Source: a phage
Sequence record: OR896157.1
Direction: 5' to 3' (one strand)
Length of the DNA stretch: 64,000 nucleotides
Of this stretch, positions 17,343 to 26,346 are shown piece by piece. The notes under the pieces were generated by a model that searched no databases, was not told the DNA's origin, and worked only from the letters and a program-made list of their open reading frames with translations. Position 1 is the stretch's first letter; every line of letters begins with the position of its first letter. A program made the translations under genes and the position numbers.

Positions 17343-18032
17343 TTAACCGCGACCTTTTGGTAAAGACAGAGGGTCAATTTCATCACCTTCTGGAGCATCT
17401 TCTAAACCAAGAGCATAGCGTTGAGCGTATTTTAACATCAAAATATCTTTAGCGCAATCGTGAATAGAGTCATGCGCAATGAAACCGTCCAAGACACCTT
17501 TACGAAGAGGAGTTGTCGTCAAGTCACGGGTTAAAAGCAGAGATTCAATCGCTGTACGAATATCTCGCTGATTCCAGAACTTGCAAGGCTCTAAGCCGAA
17601 AGTATCGATATCTTTTTCAGCAATACCTTTACGAGCTTCGCCTTCACGGAGAATATCCACAAGAATTGGGAAGTCGAAAGATTGACCACGACACCAACCG
17701 AAAGATTTCCATGGGTCAACACCATTGTCTTTCAGGAATTGAAGCAGCTTGTACAGACCTTCAACATGGTCAATATCTTCATCAGATGGAAGCAGGTTTT
17801 TACGAGCTTCTTCAGATTGAGATTTCCACCACTTCATAGTAGAAGCACCGAACAGACGAACACCTTGTTGTGCTTTAAGGTTGAACTTCAGTTTCATACC
17901 GCGCTGAACGAGTTCATCAAACGTTTCAACTACTTCTGGGTTAGGGTCAAATACAACGGCGGCCACATCAATAACAGCAGAACGAGAGACGTTACCAAAC
18001 GTCTCCCAGTCAATAATAAAATCTTTAATCAT
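17343..18032 (-). CDS. dexA: exonuclease A (DexA, DnaQ-like 3-prime to 5-prime exonuclease)
   Basis: 229 aa; FIIDWETFG...LEPCKFWNQRDIRT...DGFIAHDSIHDCAKDI...DPLSLP matches remembered T4 DexA. Confidence 0.85.
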   Translation of the reverse strand: MIKDFIIDWETFGNVSRSAVIDVAAVVFDPNPEVVETFDELVQRGMKLKFNLKAQQGVRLFGASTMKWWKSQSEEARKNLLPSDEDIDHVEGLYKLLQFLKDNGVDPWKSFGWCRGQSFDFPILVDILREGEARKGIAEKDIDTFGLEPCKFWNQRDIRTAIESLLLTRDLTTTPLRKGVLDGFIAHDSIHDCAKDILMLKYAQRYALGLEDAPEGDEIDPLSLPKGRG

Positions 18033-18280
18033 GTCATTTCCTTAAATTCGCGGATATTACCTGCTACAAATTCAGACAGAGTAATTTTTGGATAATATCC
18101 AGTATACCACGAAATAGCTTTAGCATCTCGGATAATGTCGTTTAATTCCAACACAATCTGGCTACCTTTCATATTGATTCCGCGCTCAGTTGTAGTAGAT
18201 GGATTTGACACCATGTTATCTTTGACACCGGCTACAATAGCCTCTGCGTCTTCAACAGTAATTGTGTACATAAGCCTCAC
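18029..18280 (-). CDS. hypothetical protein (83 aa), dexA.1-position
   Basis: coupled ORF between dda and dexA. Confidence 0.45.
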   Translation of the reverse strand: MRLMYTITVEDAEAIVAGVKDNMVSNPSTTTERGINMKGSQIVLELNDIIRDAKAISWYTGYYPKITLSEFVAGNIREFKEMT

Positions 18281-19608
18281 ACATAATAAACATTTTTACG
18301 AGCACGAGTTGTGCCAACATAAAGCAGCTGTTGAGCTAATTCAGCATCAGCCATATGAATACATGGAGTGTAAACATAGCAGTTATCAACTGAAACGCCC
18401 TGTGCTTTGTGGAAGGTTGAGCATGGAAGTGCTTTCACCTTATGATAACGGCGCTTAGCAGCCCAGAAATCTTTCCAAGGTGCTTTACCACCTTTGTTCC
18501 AATTTTTGTAAGTATCAGCTGCTTTAGCCAAGAAGAACTGAAACTTGTTCTGTTCCTGTTCATCGGCAATTACTCGGATAGTTTCTCTGTAGTAATCGTC
18601 TTCTTCGCCGTAAGTTTCAAGTTCTAAATCCCAGTGACGAACCATGTACTCGCCTGGAACTCCTTTCGCCCCAATGAAATCTGAGGACTCTTTACATGAA
18701 AGAATACGAACATATTGACCATTGTTGAAGATGACCTCAGAGAACTTCTTACCGTCATATTCCAACTCTTTGATGAGTGGTTCCTGCATCACTACAACTT
18801 CACCAACGATAAATGGCTCTTCCGTCTGAAAAATTCGTCGACGAATAATAGAGTTCAATTTATCAACGGATTTGTTGGTGAATGCTAACATTCGGTTCTC
18901 AAACATGTCTTCCATGGTTTTGACATTTTCAAAGTATGTCATCATGAAATCGCGTAAAGCAGTTTGAGAAGTGAAACCATGGACACCTTCGCCATCTACG
19001 AGATGCTCATAAATCCACTCACCGTTACGAATGTCTGTCGCTACTTTTATGATTGGAGCATTACTTCGCATTACCTCAGTGAGATAGAGTTGCTCAAAAT
19101 CTTTATGAGTAAAGAACGGAGATAGAGCCGGAACAGTGCTTCCAGGTTCTACTGGACGAATCTGAGACTTGTCACCAATGGCAATAATCAGACACCAGCT
19201 TGGAATTGTTGCCATGATAATTTGGAAAAGCTTACGGTCATACATTGAAGCTTCGTCACAAATTAGAACTCGGCATTTAGCCATGTCCGGAACTTCTTTT
19301 TGCTCGAAGAGCATGTTCTCTTCATAAGTGGTCGGGTTAATCTTTAGAATGCTATGGATAGTGTTAGCAGCCATACCCGCAAGCTTACTAAGTACTCGTT
19401 TAGCTCCATGAGTAGGAGCAGCCAGCATTACACCCGATACTCCAGTTGAAATCAAATAATTGATGATGAACTTTGTCATCGTGGTCTTACCTGTGCCGGC
19501 AGGACCATTAATAGTGATGTGACCACCACGACCAGCTTTAATACGTTCAACTACACGATTGAACGTAGCCTTCTGGCCTTCGTTGAGCATATCAAATGTA
19601 ATATTCAA
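18277..19608 (-). CDS. dda: Dda DNA helicase (SF1)
   Basis: 443 aa; Walker A INGPAGTGKTT, Walker B RVLICDEASM, near-identical blocks to remembered T4 Dda; start codon is TTG after GGAGA RBS. Confidence 0.9.
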   Translation of the reverse strand: MNITFDMLNEGQKATFNRVVERIKAGRGGHITINGPAGTGKTTMTKFIINYLISTGVSGVMLAAPTHGAKRVLSKLAGMAANTIHSILKINPTTYEENMLFEQKEVPDMAKCRVLICDEASMYDRKLFQIIMATIPSWCLIIAIGDKSQIRPVEPGSTVPALSPFFTHKDFEQLYLTEVMRSNAPIIKVATDIRNGEWIYEHLVDGEGVHGFTSQTALRDFMMTYFENVKTMEDMFENRMLAFTNKSVDKLNSIIRRRIFQTEEPFIVGEVVVMQEPLIKELEYDGKKFSEVIFNNGQYVRILSCKESSDFIGAKGVPGEYMVRHWDLELETYGEEDDYYRETIRVIADEQEQNKFQFFLAKAADTYKNWNKGGKAPWKDFWAAKRRYHKVKALPCSTFHKAQGVSVDNCYVYTPCIHMADAELAQQLLYVGTTRARKNVYYV

Positions 19609-19616
19609 AACTTCTC

Positions 19617-19934
19617 CTACGCGACTTTAACCTTTTTAACTTGCAATGTGTTAATCATTTGTTGAACATTTCGGCGCTCTTGTTCAGTGAGCGGGATATG
19701 TTCAATAATATCACGTTTGAAGAAAAGCCATTTGGTTTCTTGGTATTCAACTTTACGACCATACTTCATCAGATATTGAAGTTTTCCAAGTTGAGTTCCA
19801 CAATAACGCTCAGCTGCATATTTACCTGTGAAGATAATACACATTCCAAGTGGGTCTTTATCCCAAGACTCATAGAACGGAATCTCAAATCCGTCTTTAT
19901 CTTTTGTAATCAATGCATAACCGTAGTGCATCAC
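19617..19934 (-). CDS. hypothetical protein (105 aa), dda.1-position
   Basis: minus-strand ORF. Confidence 0.45.
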   Translation of the reverse strand: MMHYGYALITKDKDGFEIPFYESWDKDPLGMCIIFTGKYAAERYCGTQLGKLQYLMKYGRKVEYQETKWLFFKRDIIEHIPLTEQERRNVQQMINTLQVKKVKVA

Positions 19935-20683
19935 ATTTTACCTCGAATAAGTTGAAACATTGAAGCAGACAATGGGAGACCTTTATTCAGCTTAGCTTTA
20001 TCAATAAAAGATAAGTTCTGGAAGCGAGTTAATCCCTTAATTACTATATCATAATTGTGGACAGAATTTTCTGCTTTTGTAGCCTTTTTAGTTGTAGTTG
20101 CAGCTTTTGAAGCCAACTTATCAGTGTTCCCAGAGACTTTACGAAGACGCTTAAGTTCAGCTTTGCCGCCAGTGATACGAGCCTGTAAAGACTTTTTCAC
20201 TTCCTCTGTGACACCCTTCTGCTTCATATGTTGTTCACGCTTAGCGATGTTGTTAAGAATAGCCAAGTACTGTTTGTGATACTTTTTGGCAATGCCGGCT
20301 AATGGGTCTTCTGATTCAGGTTCTTGTTGGTCTACGATGACGTGGCCGCCAGCATCTGCAGCGCGAACAATACGAGAAGCTAACTCATCTCGTTTCTCAA
20401 TCAGCTCCTCTAAGGAGAAGTTTCCACGGGCAGAATTGTACTTCTTCTTAACTGGGATGACATTACCCGGCACATAACCTTTGTCGTTGTCAAAACGCTC
20501 AAGTGTCATCATGTCATCGTTAACACCTTCACTAAATGGCTCACCTGAGTAAGCACATACTTTCTGTTGAGCGATGTTAGCAAGATACGCCATAGTTAAT
20601 CCAAAATCTTTTTGGCGTTTCGTAGCTGAAGCATAAGTGTTAACTAAACGAGTTGCAATGACAATTTCTAATGGCTTAGCCAT
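19931..20683 (-). CDS. hypothetical protein at the T4 srd position, with degenerate HNH-like motif
   Basis: CAYSGEPF...MTLERFDNDKGYVPGNV...N resembles an HNH motif with the Cys and His positions substituted; basic Lys/Ala-rich C-terminal half. Confidence 0.4.
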   Translation of the reverse strand: MAKPLEIVIATRLVNTYASATKRQKDFGLTMAYLANIAQQKVCAYSGEPFSEGVNDDMMTLERFDNDKGYVPGNVIPVKKKYNSARGNFSLEELIEKRDELASRIVRAADAGGHVIVDQQEPESEDPLAGIAKKYHKQYLAILNNIAKREQHMKQKGVTEEVKKSLQARITGGKAELKRLRKVSGNTDKLASKAATTTKKATKAENSVHNYDIVIKGLTRFQNLSFIDKAKLNKGLPLSASMFQLIRGKM

Positions 20684-20736
20684 ATGATATCCTTATATGC
20701 TTTTGCGAAAGTAGCGGTATAATGGTTTCAAGGAGT

Positions 20737-20765
20737 ATTCTATATCATCTGGTTCTGGTTGTAAA
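20737..20765 (-). promoter_or_regulatory. early promoter (TTTACA-17-TAGAAT)
   Basis: minus strand gaccgTTTACA, 17 nt, TAGAAT. Confidence 0.5.
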
Positions 20766-20768
20766 CGG

Positions 20769-21446
20769 TCAGAATGAAATAAGTTCTACATGATAAACTG
20801 TATGCATTCCACCTGGATTGAAATCAACGTCCTCAATGCTAGTTACTCGGAACTTCGTTCCGATTGGCATCATCCATTCTTGTTCATCCTGGACCATATT
20901 GACTTTATTTTTACGGTCAATTTTTGCTTGTGGGTCATAAGGTGCTGCACTGAACTCGCAGTTAGGAGCTGCTAAAAGCAGCTTAAGCATATCTTCCTGA
21001 TAGTTGTAAGCCATCGTAGGGTTAGACCAGCTAATGATAGTCTTAGTTCCATAACATCCGAAACTAGCAAAGCTTCTTGCTGTGTTAAAGTCAGTTGAAA
21101 AGCTTACAACTTTTTCAGCAGTAAAAATTTCTCCAACTTCGATGTTACAAAGAACATTAAGCATTCGTCTGTTGACACCACGATAAAGCACTTCAGGAGT
21201 AGCAGTTGTCATACGACGACGAATGATTTTATCCAACCCAGCATTTACCCAATCTTCAACCTTATCGTTTAAACACTTCCATAGAACAGCTTGCTCTTTA
21301 TCTGTGAAGAGTTTGTTAACTTCAGATTCAAGCTGTCTGCGTTTTAGCTCTTCTGGGTCTTCCCAGTACTCGTACGTTCCACCGGATGGAACTGGAATTG
21401 ATGGTGTGATTTCTACTTCAATGACAGGACTTTGATAGAATGCCAT
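20769..21446 (-). CDS. ADP-ribosyltransferase, ModA/ModB-like
   Basis: ATG at 21446 after GGAGG RBS; R-S-E triad candidates LYRG, FSTD and QDEQEW in the right order. Confidence 0.6.
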   Translation of the reverse strand: MAFYQSPVIEVEITPSIPVPSGGTYEYWEDPEELKRRQLESEVNKLFTDKEQAVLWKCLNDKVEDWVNAGLDKIIRRRMTTATPEVLYRGVNRRMLNVLCNIEVGEIFTAEKVVSFSTDFNTARSFASFGCYGTKTIISWSNPTMAYNYQEDMLKLLLAAPNCEFSAAPYDPQAKIDRKNKVNMVQDEQEWMMPIGTKFRVTSIEDVDFNPGGMHTVYHVELISF

Positions 21447-21473
21447 GATAACCTCCGTTTGTTTACGGAAGCT

Positions 21474-21502
21474 ATCATAACACAGAAGAGAAGGGATGTA
21501 AA
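21474..21502 (-). promoter_or_regulatory. early promoter (TTTACA-17-TATGAT)
   Basis: upstream of the mod-like gene. Confidence 0.5.
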
Positions 21503-21505
21503 CAG

Positions 21506-21715
21506 CTATTTTGCCCAGGGAGTCCAAGGCGGAGGGTCTGCCCATAACGAGGACAGTTCTTCACATAAAGCTTTTGTGTAATCTACACCATGCTTTTTGA
21601 AGATTAGTTCTAACTCAGTAGCGATACTCTGGTCCACCTTCGGACCAGATTTCATATCAGCCTCAACATATCCTTCAGGAATGTCTTCTTCAAACATATC
21701 GAAAATGTTACTCAA
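21506..21715 (-). CDS. hypothetical acidic protein (69 aa)
   Basis: minus-strand ORF. Confidence 0.45.
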   Translation of the reverse strand: MSNIFDMFEEDIPEGYVEADMKSGPKVDQSIATELELIFKKHGVDYTKALCEELSSLWADPPPWTPWAK

Positions 21716-22269
21716 CGCGGAAGTGCCTCCGTTTTAGGAACACCTAAAAGATGCCAAATACCTCTACGAAAAAGAATCATATCAAATTGGTCTGTGATTA
21801 ACCAATTATTCACATGTGTAATTCCGTATCCATCAGTATCCATCATGTTTGGAATTTTCACAGTATCGACGCTTTTATCACCAAACTTGGGCTCTGGAAT
21901 AATGTTAATCAGATTAGTTTGTGGAATTTTCCAGCCACCAAGCAAGAAACTTTCTTGAACATCAAATGGAGAATTTTTAGTTTTCACATAAGTGTTGTAT
22001 TCTTTGATGATAACATCAACACCTTCAGGCCAACCATTTTTCAATTCACTTGGGTCAACATTATCACGACAACCAGTTCCATATTCTAAAAATGGATTAT
22101 AGCAGATAGCTACCATGATTTCCCTTTTATGAAGAGGATGCCTTTTATCGGTGAACGATGGAAAATCGCGAGAAACAAATTCCAACCCGAATGTAGTAAT
22201 TTTGTATTGTTTATCAGTCACAGGTGAAGCCTCCGCCAGTGTCACAGGATGTATTTGAGGGACTATCAA
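21712..22269 (-). CDS. hypothetical protein (up to 185 aa; start uncertain)
   Basis: minus-strand ORF overlapping upstream ORF; probably starts at an internal Met. Confidence 0.45.
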   Translation of the reverse strand: MIVPQIHPVTLAEASPVTDKQYKITTFGLEFVSRDFPSFTDKRHPLHKREIMVAICYNPFLEYGTGCRDNVDPSELKNGWPEGVDVIIKEYNTYVKTKNSPFDVQESFLLGGWKIPQTNLINIIPEPKFGDKSVDTVKIPNMMDTDGYGITHVNNWLITDQFDMILFRRGIWHLLGVPKTEALPR

Positions 22270-22618
22270 TATATGATGTTGTATGTATCATTGGACTATC
22301 AGAATAAGATGCTCTGGATGAACTAGAGTGATTCTGGCGATTAACTGGAGTATGAGTTACGCGTCCAGTATAAGTCTGTCCATTTCGTTGAACTTTCTCT
22401 TTCTTCGTTATCACTTCTTCCATCATTCCGTCGCCCATGTAAATCCATTCACGTTGTTCATTTGCGCCTTCCTCATATGCAACGGCCATATCATTGGCTC
22501 CATACATATGTTGATTGATGCTTTCATCAAGTCGAGCTTCTTCAGCTTTGATTTGGGTATCTGACCGAGGATTACCGAATAACCCTCTTACAAAATTCAT
22601 AATCATCAATAACTCCAA
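22214..22618 (-). CDS. hypothetical protein (start uncertain), Ser-rich C-terminus
   Basis: minus-strand ORF. Confidence 0.4.
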   Translation of the reverse strand: MELLMIMNFVRGLFGNPRSDTQIKAEEARLDESINQHMYGANDMAVAYEEGANEQREWIYMGDGMMEEVITKKEKVQRNGQTYTGRVTHTPVNRQNHSSSSRASYSDSPMIHTTSYIDSPSNTSCDTGGGFTCD

Positions 22619-22857
22619 TTCAAAAATTGAATGTTGAATACATTTCTTTTGTAAACGCCATCAACTTTAACTAAATCATAATACAGAACTTCAATAGCAC
22701 ATTCAAGAGATGTTCCAACTTCTCTGTAAGCATGTAACTTGACATCAACAAAGAAATCGGTATTAGTTTCTCTTTCTATATACTTTAAGCGAACTAAATC
22801 GCTGATTCCACCACAATCACCTACAGGTTTACGCCATGGAGTTGTTTTAACATTCAT
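22606..22857 (-). CDS. hypothetical protein (83 aa)
   Basis: ATG at 22857 after GAGGAAAA RBS (second in-frame ATG); first ATG overlaps the -10 element. Confidence 0.45.
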   Translation of the reverse strand: MNVKTTPWRKPVGDCGGISDLVRLKYIERETNTDFFVDVKLHAYREVGTSLECAIEVLYYDLVKVDGVYKRNVFNIQFLNWSY

Positions 22858-22882
22858 AGTATTTTCCTCATTTAGTGAAGTC

Positions 22883-22908
22883 ATTATACACTACTCTATA
22901 AAAGCAAA
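22883..22908 (-). promoter_or_regulatory. candidate MotA-dependent middle promoter (TTTGCTTTTA ... TATAAT)
   Basis: MotA-box-like TGCTT about 13 nt upstream of TATAAT, directly after the soc terminator. Confidence 0.35.
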
Positions 22909-22911
22909 AAA

Positions 22912-22931
22912 GGGACTCCCGAAGGAGTCCC
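22912..22931 (-). terminator. intrinsic terminator after soc (GGGACTCC-TTCG-GGAGTCCC then UUUUUU)
   Basis: strongest hairpin plus U-tract in the window. Confidence 0.6.
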
Positions 22932-22939
22932 TAAACTTA

Positions 22940-23176
22940 TTATTCAGAAGGCGTAACGTCAAACAGAGTTTCGTTAGCAGCAATCCACTCGGCACGCTGA
23001 TTTCGTTCAAACACCGTAGAATACGCTGGTTTTTCAGATGGGAAAACCTGGTAGTGAGCATTAGCGATACGATGAACGTCAGAATACAGTTCAAATGCTA
23101 CAGAAATTTCTTTACCTTTTACTTCACCAGCAGAAGTCTGATGATCGAAAGTTTTTACGTTTACATAACCGGCCAT
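22940..23176 (-). CDS. soc: Soc small outer capsid protein
   Basis: 78 aa; GYVNVKTF...GKEISVAFELYSDVHRIANAHYQVFPSEKPAYSTVFERNQRAEWIAANE matches remembered T4 Soc. Confidence 0.85.
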   Translation of the reverse strand: MAGYVNVKTFDHQTSAGEVKGKEISVAFELYSDVHRIANAHYQVFPSEKPAYSTVFERNQRAEWIAANETLFDVTPSE

Positions 23177-23204
23177 TGTAATCTCCTTTAATTAGTTACA
23201 AGTC

Positions 23205-23212
23205 TATTTATT
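23205..23212 (-). promoter_or_regulatory. late-promoter-like motif AATAAATA, 28 nt upstream of soc ATG
   Basis: soc is a late gene in T4; 7 of 8 match to TATAAATA. Confidence 0.35.
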
Positions 23213-23573
23213 CAATAATACTGGCAACCTGTAACTCAAAGTTTTTAGTTCTGATAGTTTCAATAGCCGAATTCATTTCTTCTGTGTTTCCGCTAACAAC
23301 AATATCAGAAAAACTTTCATGAAGATTAACGAGTTCTTCGCTTCTTTCCATGAACTCTTGTTGAGTTATTTCAAGTTTAAAGAACTCTTTAGGAACTTCA
23401 AAGGTGTATTGACCCTTGGCTGCGATAACCCATTTTCCAAAACTGGATTTTATAGCTACATAGTCTTCAGGAGTGTTAAACTTCCAATGAGCTCTGTCAG
23501 CGTAAGCCGTGCTATGCTCAGCCGGAGAAGCTGGTCTCCCAGCTTTCTGCCACGCGTAATAATCAAATTTCAT
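23208..23573 (-). CDS. hypothetical protein (121 aa)
   Basis: minus-strand ORF, 1-nt overlap with gene 56. Confidence 0.5.
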   Translation of the reverse strand: MKFDYYAWQKAGRPASPAEHSTAYADRAHWKFNTPEDYVAIKSSFGKWVIAAKGQYTFEVPKEFFKLEITQQEFMERSEELVNLHESFSDIVVSGNTEEMNSAIETIRTKNFELQVASIIE

Positions 23574-24091
23574 TAATAACCTCGGTCTTGTCGAGCAAAG
23601 TTCTCTGCGTTTTTCAGATAATAGAGTTTGAACACTTCTTCAGCTGTCATACCAAGAGCCATAATTTTATTCAGGAAGAAGTGTAACTGGTCAATCAACT
23701 CAAATTTAATTTCAAGCTGGTCTTCTGGTGATAAGTCTTTAATTTTCTTAGACTGCATTTCTACATGTTGAGCTTTCCAAGGTTTCCACACAGCAGATGC
23801 TGCTTTTTCACCATTGCTCATACCGCCAAGTGCAGTATACAATTCGCGAGTTTCGTCTGCGATATAATCATCTTGAGCTCGCAACCAAGCTAGTACTTCA
23901 CCTGCGGTTTCCAGAGAATCTGGATGACGATTACTGAATGGTTTATCTTCAGCAAGACGAACTTGAAGAGATTTCTGCATATCGAGCATTACTTGCAGAG
24001 GATCTTGATGATTATCAATTACTGCATTATACGCACCGTTTGCTTGGTCCGCGCCTTCAATTAGATGTGAGCATTCATTAAAATGAGCCAT
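23573..24091 (-). CDS. 56: dCTP pyrophosphatase gp56
   Basis: 172 aa; MAHFNEC.HLIEG...DPLQVMLDMQ...EIKFEL.D..HF.LN...LGM.AEE.FKLYYLKN.ENFARQDRGY matches remembered T4 gp56. Confidence 0.9.
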   Translation of the reverse strand: MAHFNECSHLIEGADQANGAYNAVIDNHQDPLQVMLDMQKSLQVRLAEDKPFSNRHPDSLETAGEVLAWLRAQDDYIADETRELYTALGGMSNGEKAASAVWKPWKAQHVEMQSKKIKDLSPEDQLEIKFELIDQLHFFLNKIMALGMTAEEVFKLYYLKNAENFARQDRGY

Positions 24092-24136
24092 TGTGTTTTC
24101 CTTTTGTCAAATCAGAAATAAATTATATCATTAACT

Positions 24137-24421
24137 TTATTTAGCAACGAATCCAAGGTTTTCAGACATTTTGCGGAATTTTTCCATCTTTTCAAATTTC
24201 TTCCAAACTTCTTCTCTGTCTTCTACGAAATCGAAATCAGTATGCACTCGCAAATTCAGAAGACAGCCCATGATGTCGTTTAATTCAGCTATTAATCTTT
24301 CACGATTAGTTTTGCCTTCATATTCTGAGTCAATTCCGAATTGAATAATCTTAGAGCAAAGCATTGCGACTTCAGTACATTCTTCGCCTAACTTAAGAAA
24401 GGCATGTTGTTCTTTATTCAT
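24137..24421 (-). CDS. hypothetical protein (94 aa)
   Basis: coupled ORF downstream of primase. Confidence 0.45.
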   Translation of the reverse strand: MNKEQHAFLKLGEECTEVAMLCSKIIQFGIDSEYEGKTNRERLIAELNDIMGCLLNLRVHTDFDFVEDREEVWKKFEKMEKFRKMSENLGFVAK

Positions 24422-25443
24422 ATTTTAGCATACCGAGTAAATCTCATCTTAGCCATTAAGCCTGATTCGATATTGTTGTTGATGTAATCCATGATTTGTT
24501 CAGGTGTAGCACCTTCTTTCATAATCATGTCGTTCACGTCTTTTGAAGACCAAGGTGACTTGTCCCAAAAGACGACTTTTTCTCCAGCATCAATAAGCTT
24601 CTTCATACGCTTTATTGTATCTGGATGACGAGGTTCATGGTCCATAATCCAAGCACGATTACCTTCATACGGAACCATGCTCAACTCAATAGAACCACCA
24701 GTAATTGCGATAGCATTGTTGATGAACAAACTATCTAATGGTCCTTCCATAACAAACACGAGCTTATTAGGGTCAACGGTATCTTGACCATAAATTTTCG
24801 TAGCAAGCTCATGAGCTTTAATTGTCATGTATTTTTGGGGAGCGTCTTTTGAGAGGGCTCGCCCTTGGAAGGATTCAATTTTGCCTTTTTCATTAAAGAT
24901 TGGAATAACCAAGCGCGGTTCATTTTTCTCATGTGAGTATGTACCTTCGTTTACTGAGTTAACGAGAGCCGGCCATTGAGTAGTAAACCACAGTCGGTTC
25001 CATTTATCTTTAGGAATTTTACGTCCTGCAACGTATTTACATATCGGATGAGCTGGTGAAAGCCTATCTAATCGCTCACAATAATCAAGCTTTTGAATGA
25101 ATTTCTTTTCAACCGGAGGAAGTTTAACTTCTTTCTTAGGAGCTGAACGAGCTTGACCTTGTTCTTTACGAACTTCAAGAATGTACTCTCGATATAAGTC
25201 AGGTTCATTTTCTCGCAGATATTTAGCTAATCCTAAGTGTGCATCACAGTTATAGCAATGGACTACAATTCCGCCAGTTGGTTGTTCATATGCCCATCCA
25301 CGAGCTTTGAATTGGTCTTTTTGTGAGTCACCACAAATTGGACAGCGGAAATTCAGTTTAAAACGATGACCGTTTGTTACTTGTTTGAATCTTGGAAGGT
25401 GTGAAAATGCGCGGTATGCAAATTCATTGTCGACCCATGACAT
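24418..25443 (-). CDS. 61: DNA primase gp61 (zinc ribbon plus TOPRIM)
   Basis: ATG at 25443; WVDNEFAYRA...FRCP.CGDS...CYNC zinc ribbon and C-terminal ...DKSPW.SKDVNDMI.KEGATPEQIM.Y..NNI..GLMAKMR...YAKI match remembered T4 gp61. Confidence 0.9.
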   Translation of the reverse strand: MSWVDNEFAYRAFSHLPRFKQVTNGHRFKLNFRCPICGDSQKDQFKARGWAYEQPTGGIVVHCYNCDAHLGLAKYLRENEPDLYREYILEVRKEQGQARSAPKKEVKLPPVEKKFIQKLDYCERLDRLSPAHPICKYVAGRKIPKDKWNRLWFTTQWPALVNSVNEGTYSHEKNEPRLVIPIFNEKGKIESFQGRALSKDAPQKYMTIKAHELATKIYGQDTVDPNKLVFVMEGPLDSLFINNAIAITGGSIELSMVPYEGNRAWIMDHEPRHPDTIKRMKKLIDAGEKVVFWDKSPWSSKDVNDMIMKEGATPEQIMDYINNNIESGLMAKMRFTRYAKI

Positions 25444-25486
25444 ATTATTCTCCAAAAGAATTGGCCTTATTTCTAAGGCCATTATA

Positions 25487-25951
25487 TCACAGTTTATTGA
25501 GATTTACTTTGATGCGCTTACGTTTCTTTGGTAGGGTCTCAGGACCTTTATTGGTGATTGCTCCGGTTGTGGTACCAGAGGCGATATTCTGGACACTTCC
25601 ACCGGAATCTCCGGCTACCATGTCCTCGAACAAGGGAAGAGCCTCAAATATCTCTTTTTGTTCGGATTCAGTGATATTGTAACGTGAAGCTACTGCAGAC
25701 CATGCACTCATCATGGATGCTACTCCATTGAGTCCTGGAACAGTTGTTAACATTCTTTTGATTGAACGAACCGATGCGTGGAAAGCTGTATAAGCCGCTT
25801 TCTCTTCTGGAGTAGTAGGTCGCTTCAGAACCGTACCCTTTTCATCGATTATCTTGGCTTCATATGCTTTCCATTCAGTGAATGGTTTTTGCATTAGCCG
25901 GATAAACTTATACGCATAGACGGCGTCAATACCGCTTTTAATAGTTGACAT
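25487..25951 (-). CDS. hypothetical protein (154 aa)
   Basis: minus-strand ORF with GGAGA RBS; ATAAATA motif 13 nt upstream. Confidence 0.5.
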   Translation of the reverse strand: MSTIKSGIDAVYAYKFIRLMQKPFTEWKAYEAKIIDEKGTVLKRPTTPEEKAAYTAFHASVRSIKRMLTTVPGLNGVASMMSAWSAVASRYNITESEQKEIFEALPLFEDMVAGDSGGSVQNIASGTTTGAITNKGPETLPKKRKRIKVNLNKL

Positions 25952-25966
25952 AGTCTCCTCTTCTAT

Positions 25967-26155
25967 TTATCGTTTAACACAAACGAATTTAGCAGAGGTT
26001 GAAAAATCACGAGCAGAAGTGCGCCACTCTTCACCAGCTTGGTTACACAGTTCTTCGGCAGTTGGGCCGGTTTGTGTTGGCTTGAATTCAATTTGGTTCA
26101 TAGCGACTCCGCCGTGTTCACTAATGAGAGTCATGATTAAAATGAATGTGTGCAT
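25967..26155 (-). CDS. hypothetical protein (62 aa)
   Basis: minus-strand ORF. Confidence 0.4.
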   Translation of the reverse strand: MHTFILIMTLISEHGGVAMNQIEFKPTQTGPTAEELCNQAGEEWRTSARDFSTSAKFVCVKR

Positions 26156-26346
26156 CGTCTTTCCTGCTCTGTTTTAATTGCAACCAATATTAAACCTTTA
26201 CGATAAGATTCACGAGGGTCCGCCGGAAATCCCCAACGAGTAAGTCCAGTTTCAATTTCACGTTCAAACCGTAAACGAAGCTGAGCCAATTCAGCGTCAT
26301 GATAATCTACAAGGTCTCTACCTTCAAAAATCATAAGCCAATCCAC
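26137..26346 (-). CDS. hypothetical protein (69 aa)
   Basis: minus-strand ORF. Confidence 0.4.
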   Translation of the reverse strand: MDWLMIFEGRDLVDYHDAELAQLRLRFEREIETGLTRWGFPADPRESYRKGLILVAIKTEQERRCTHSF

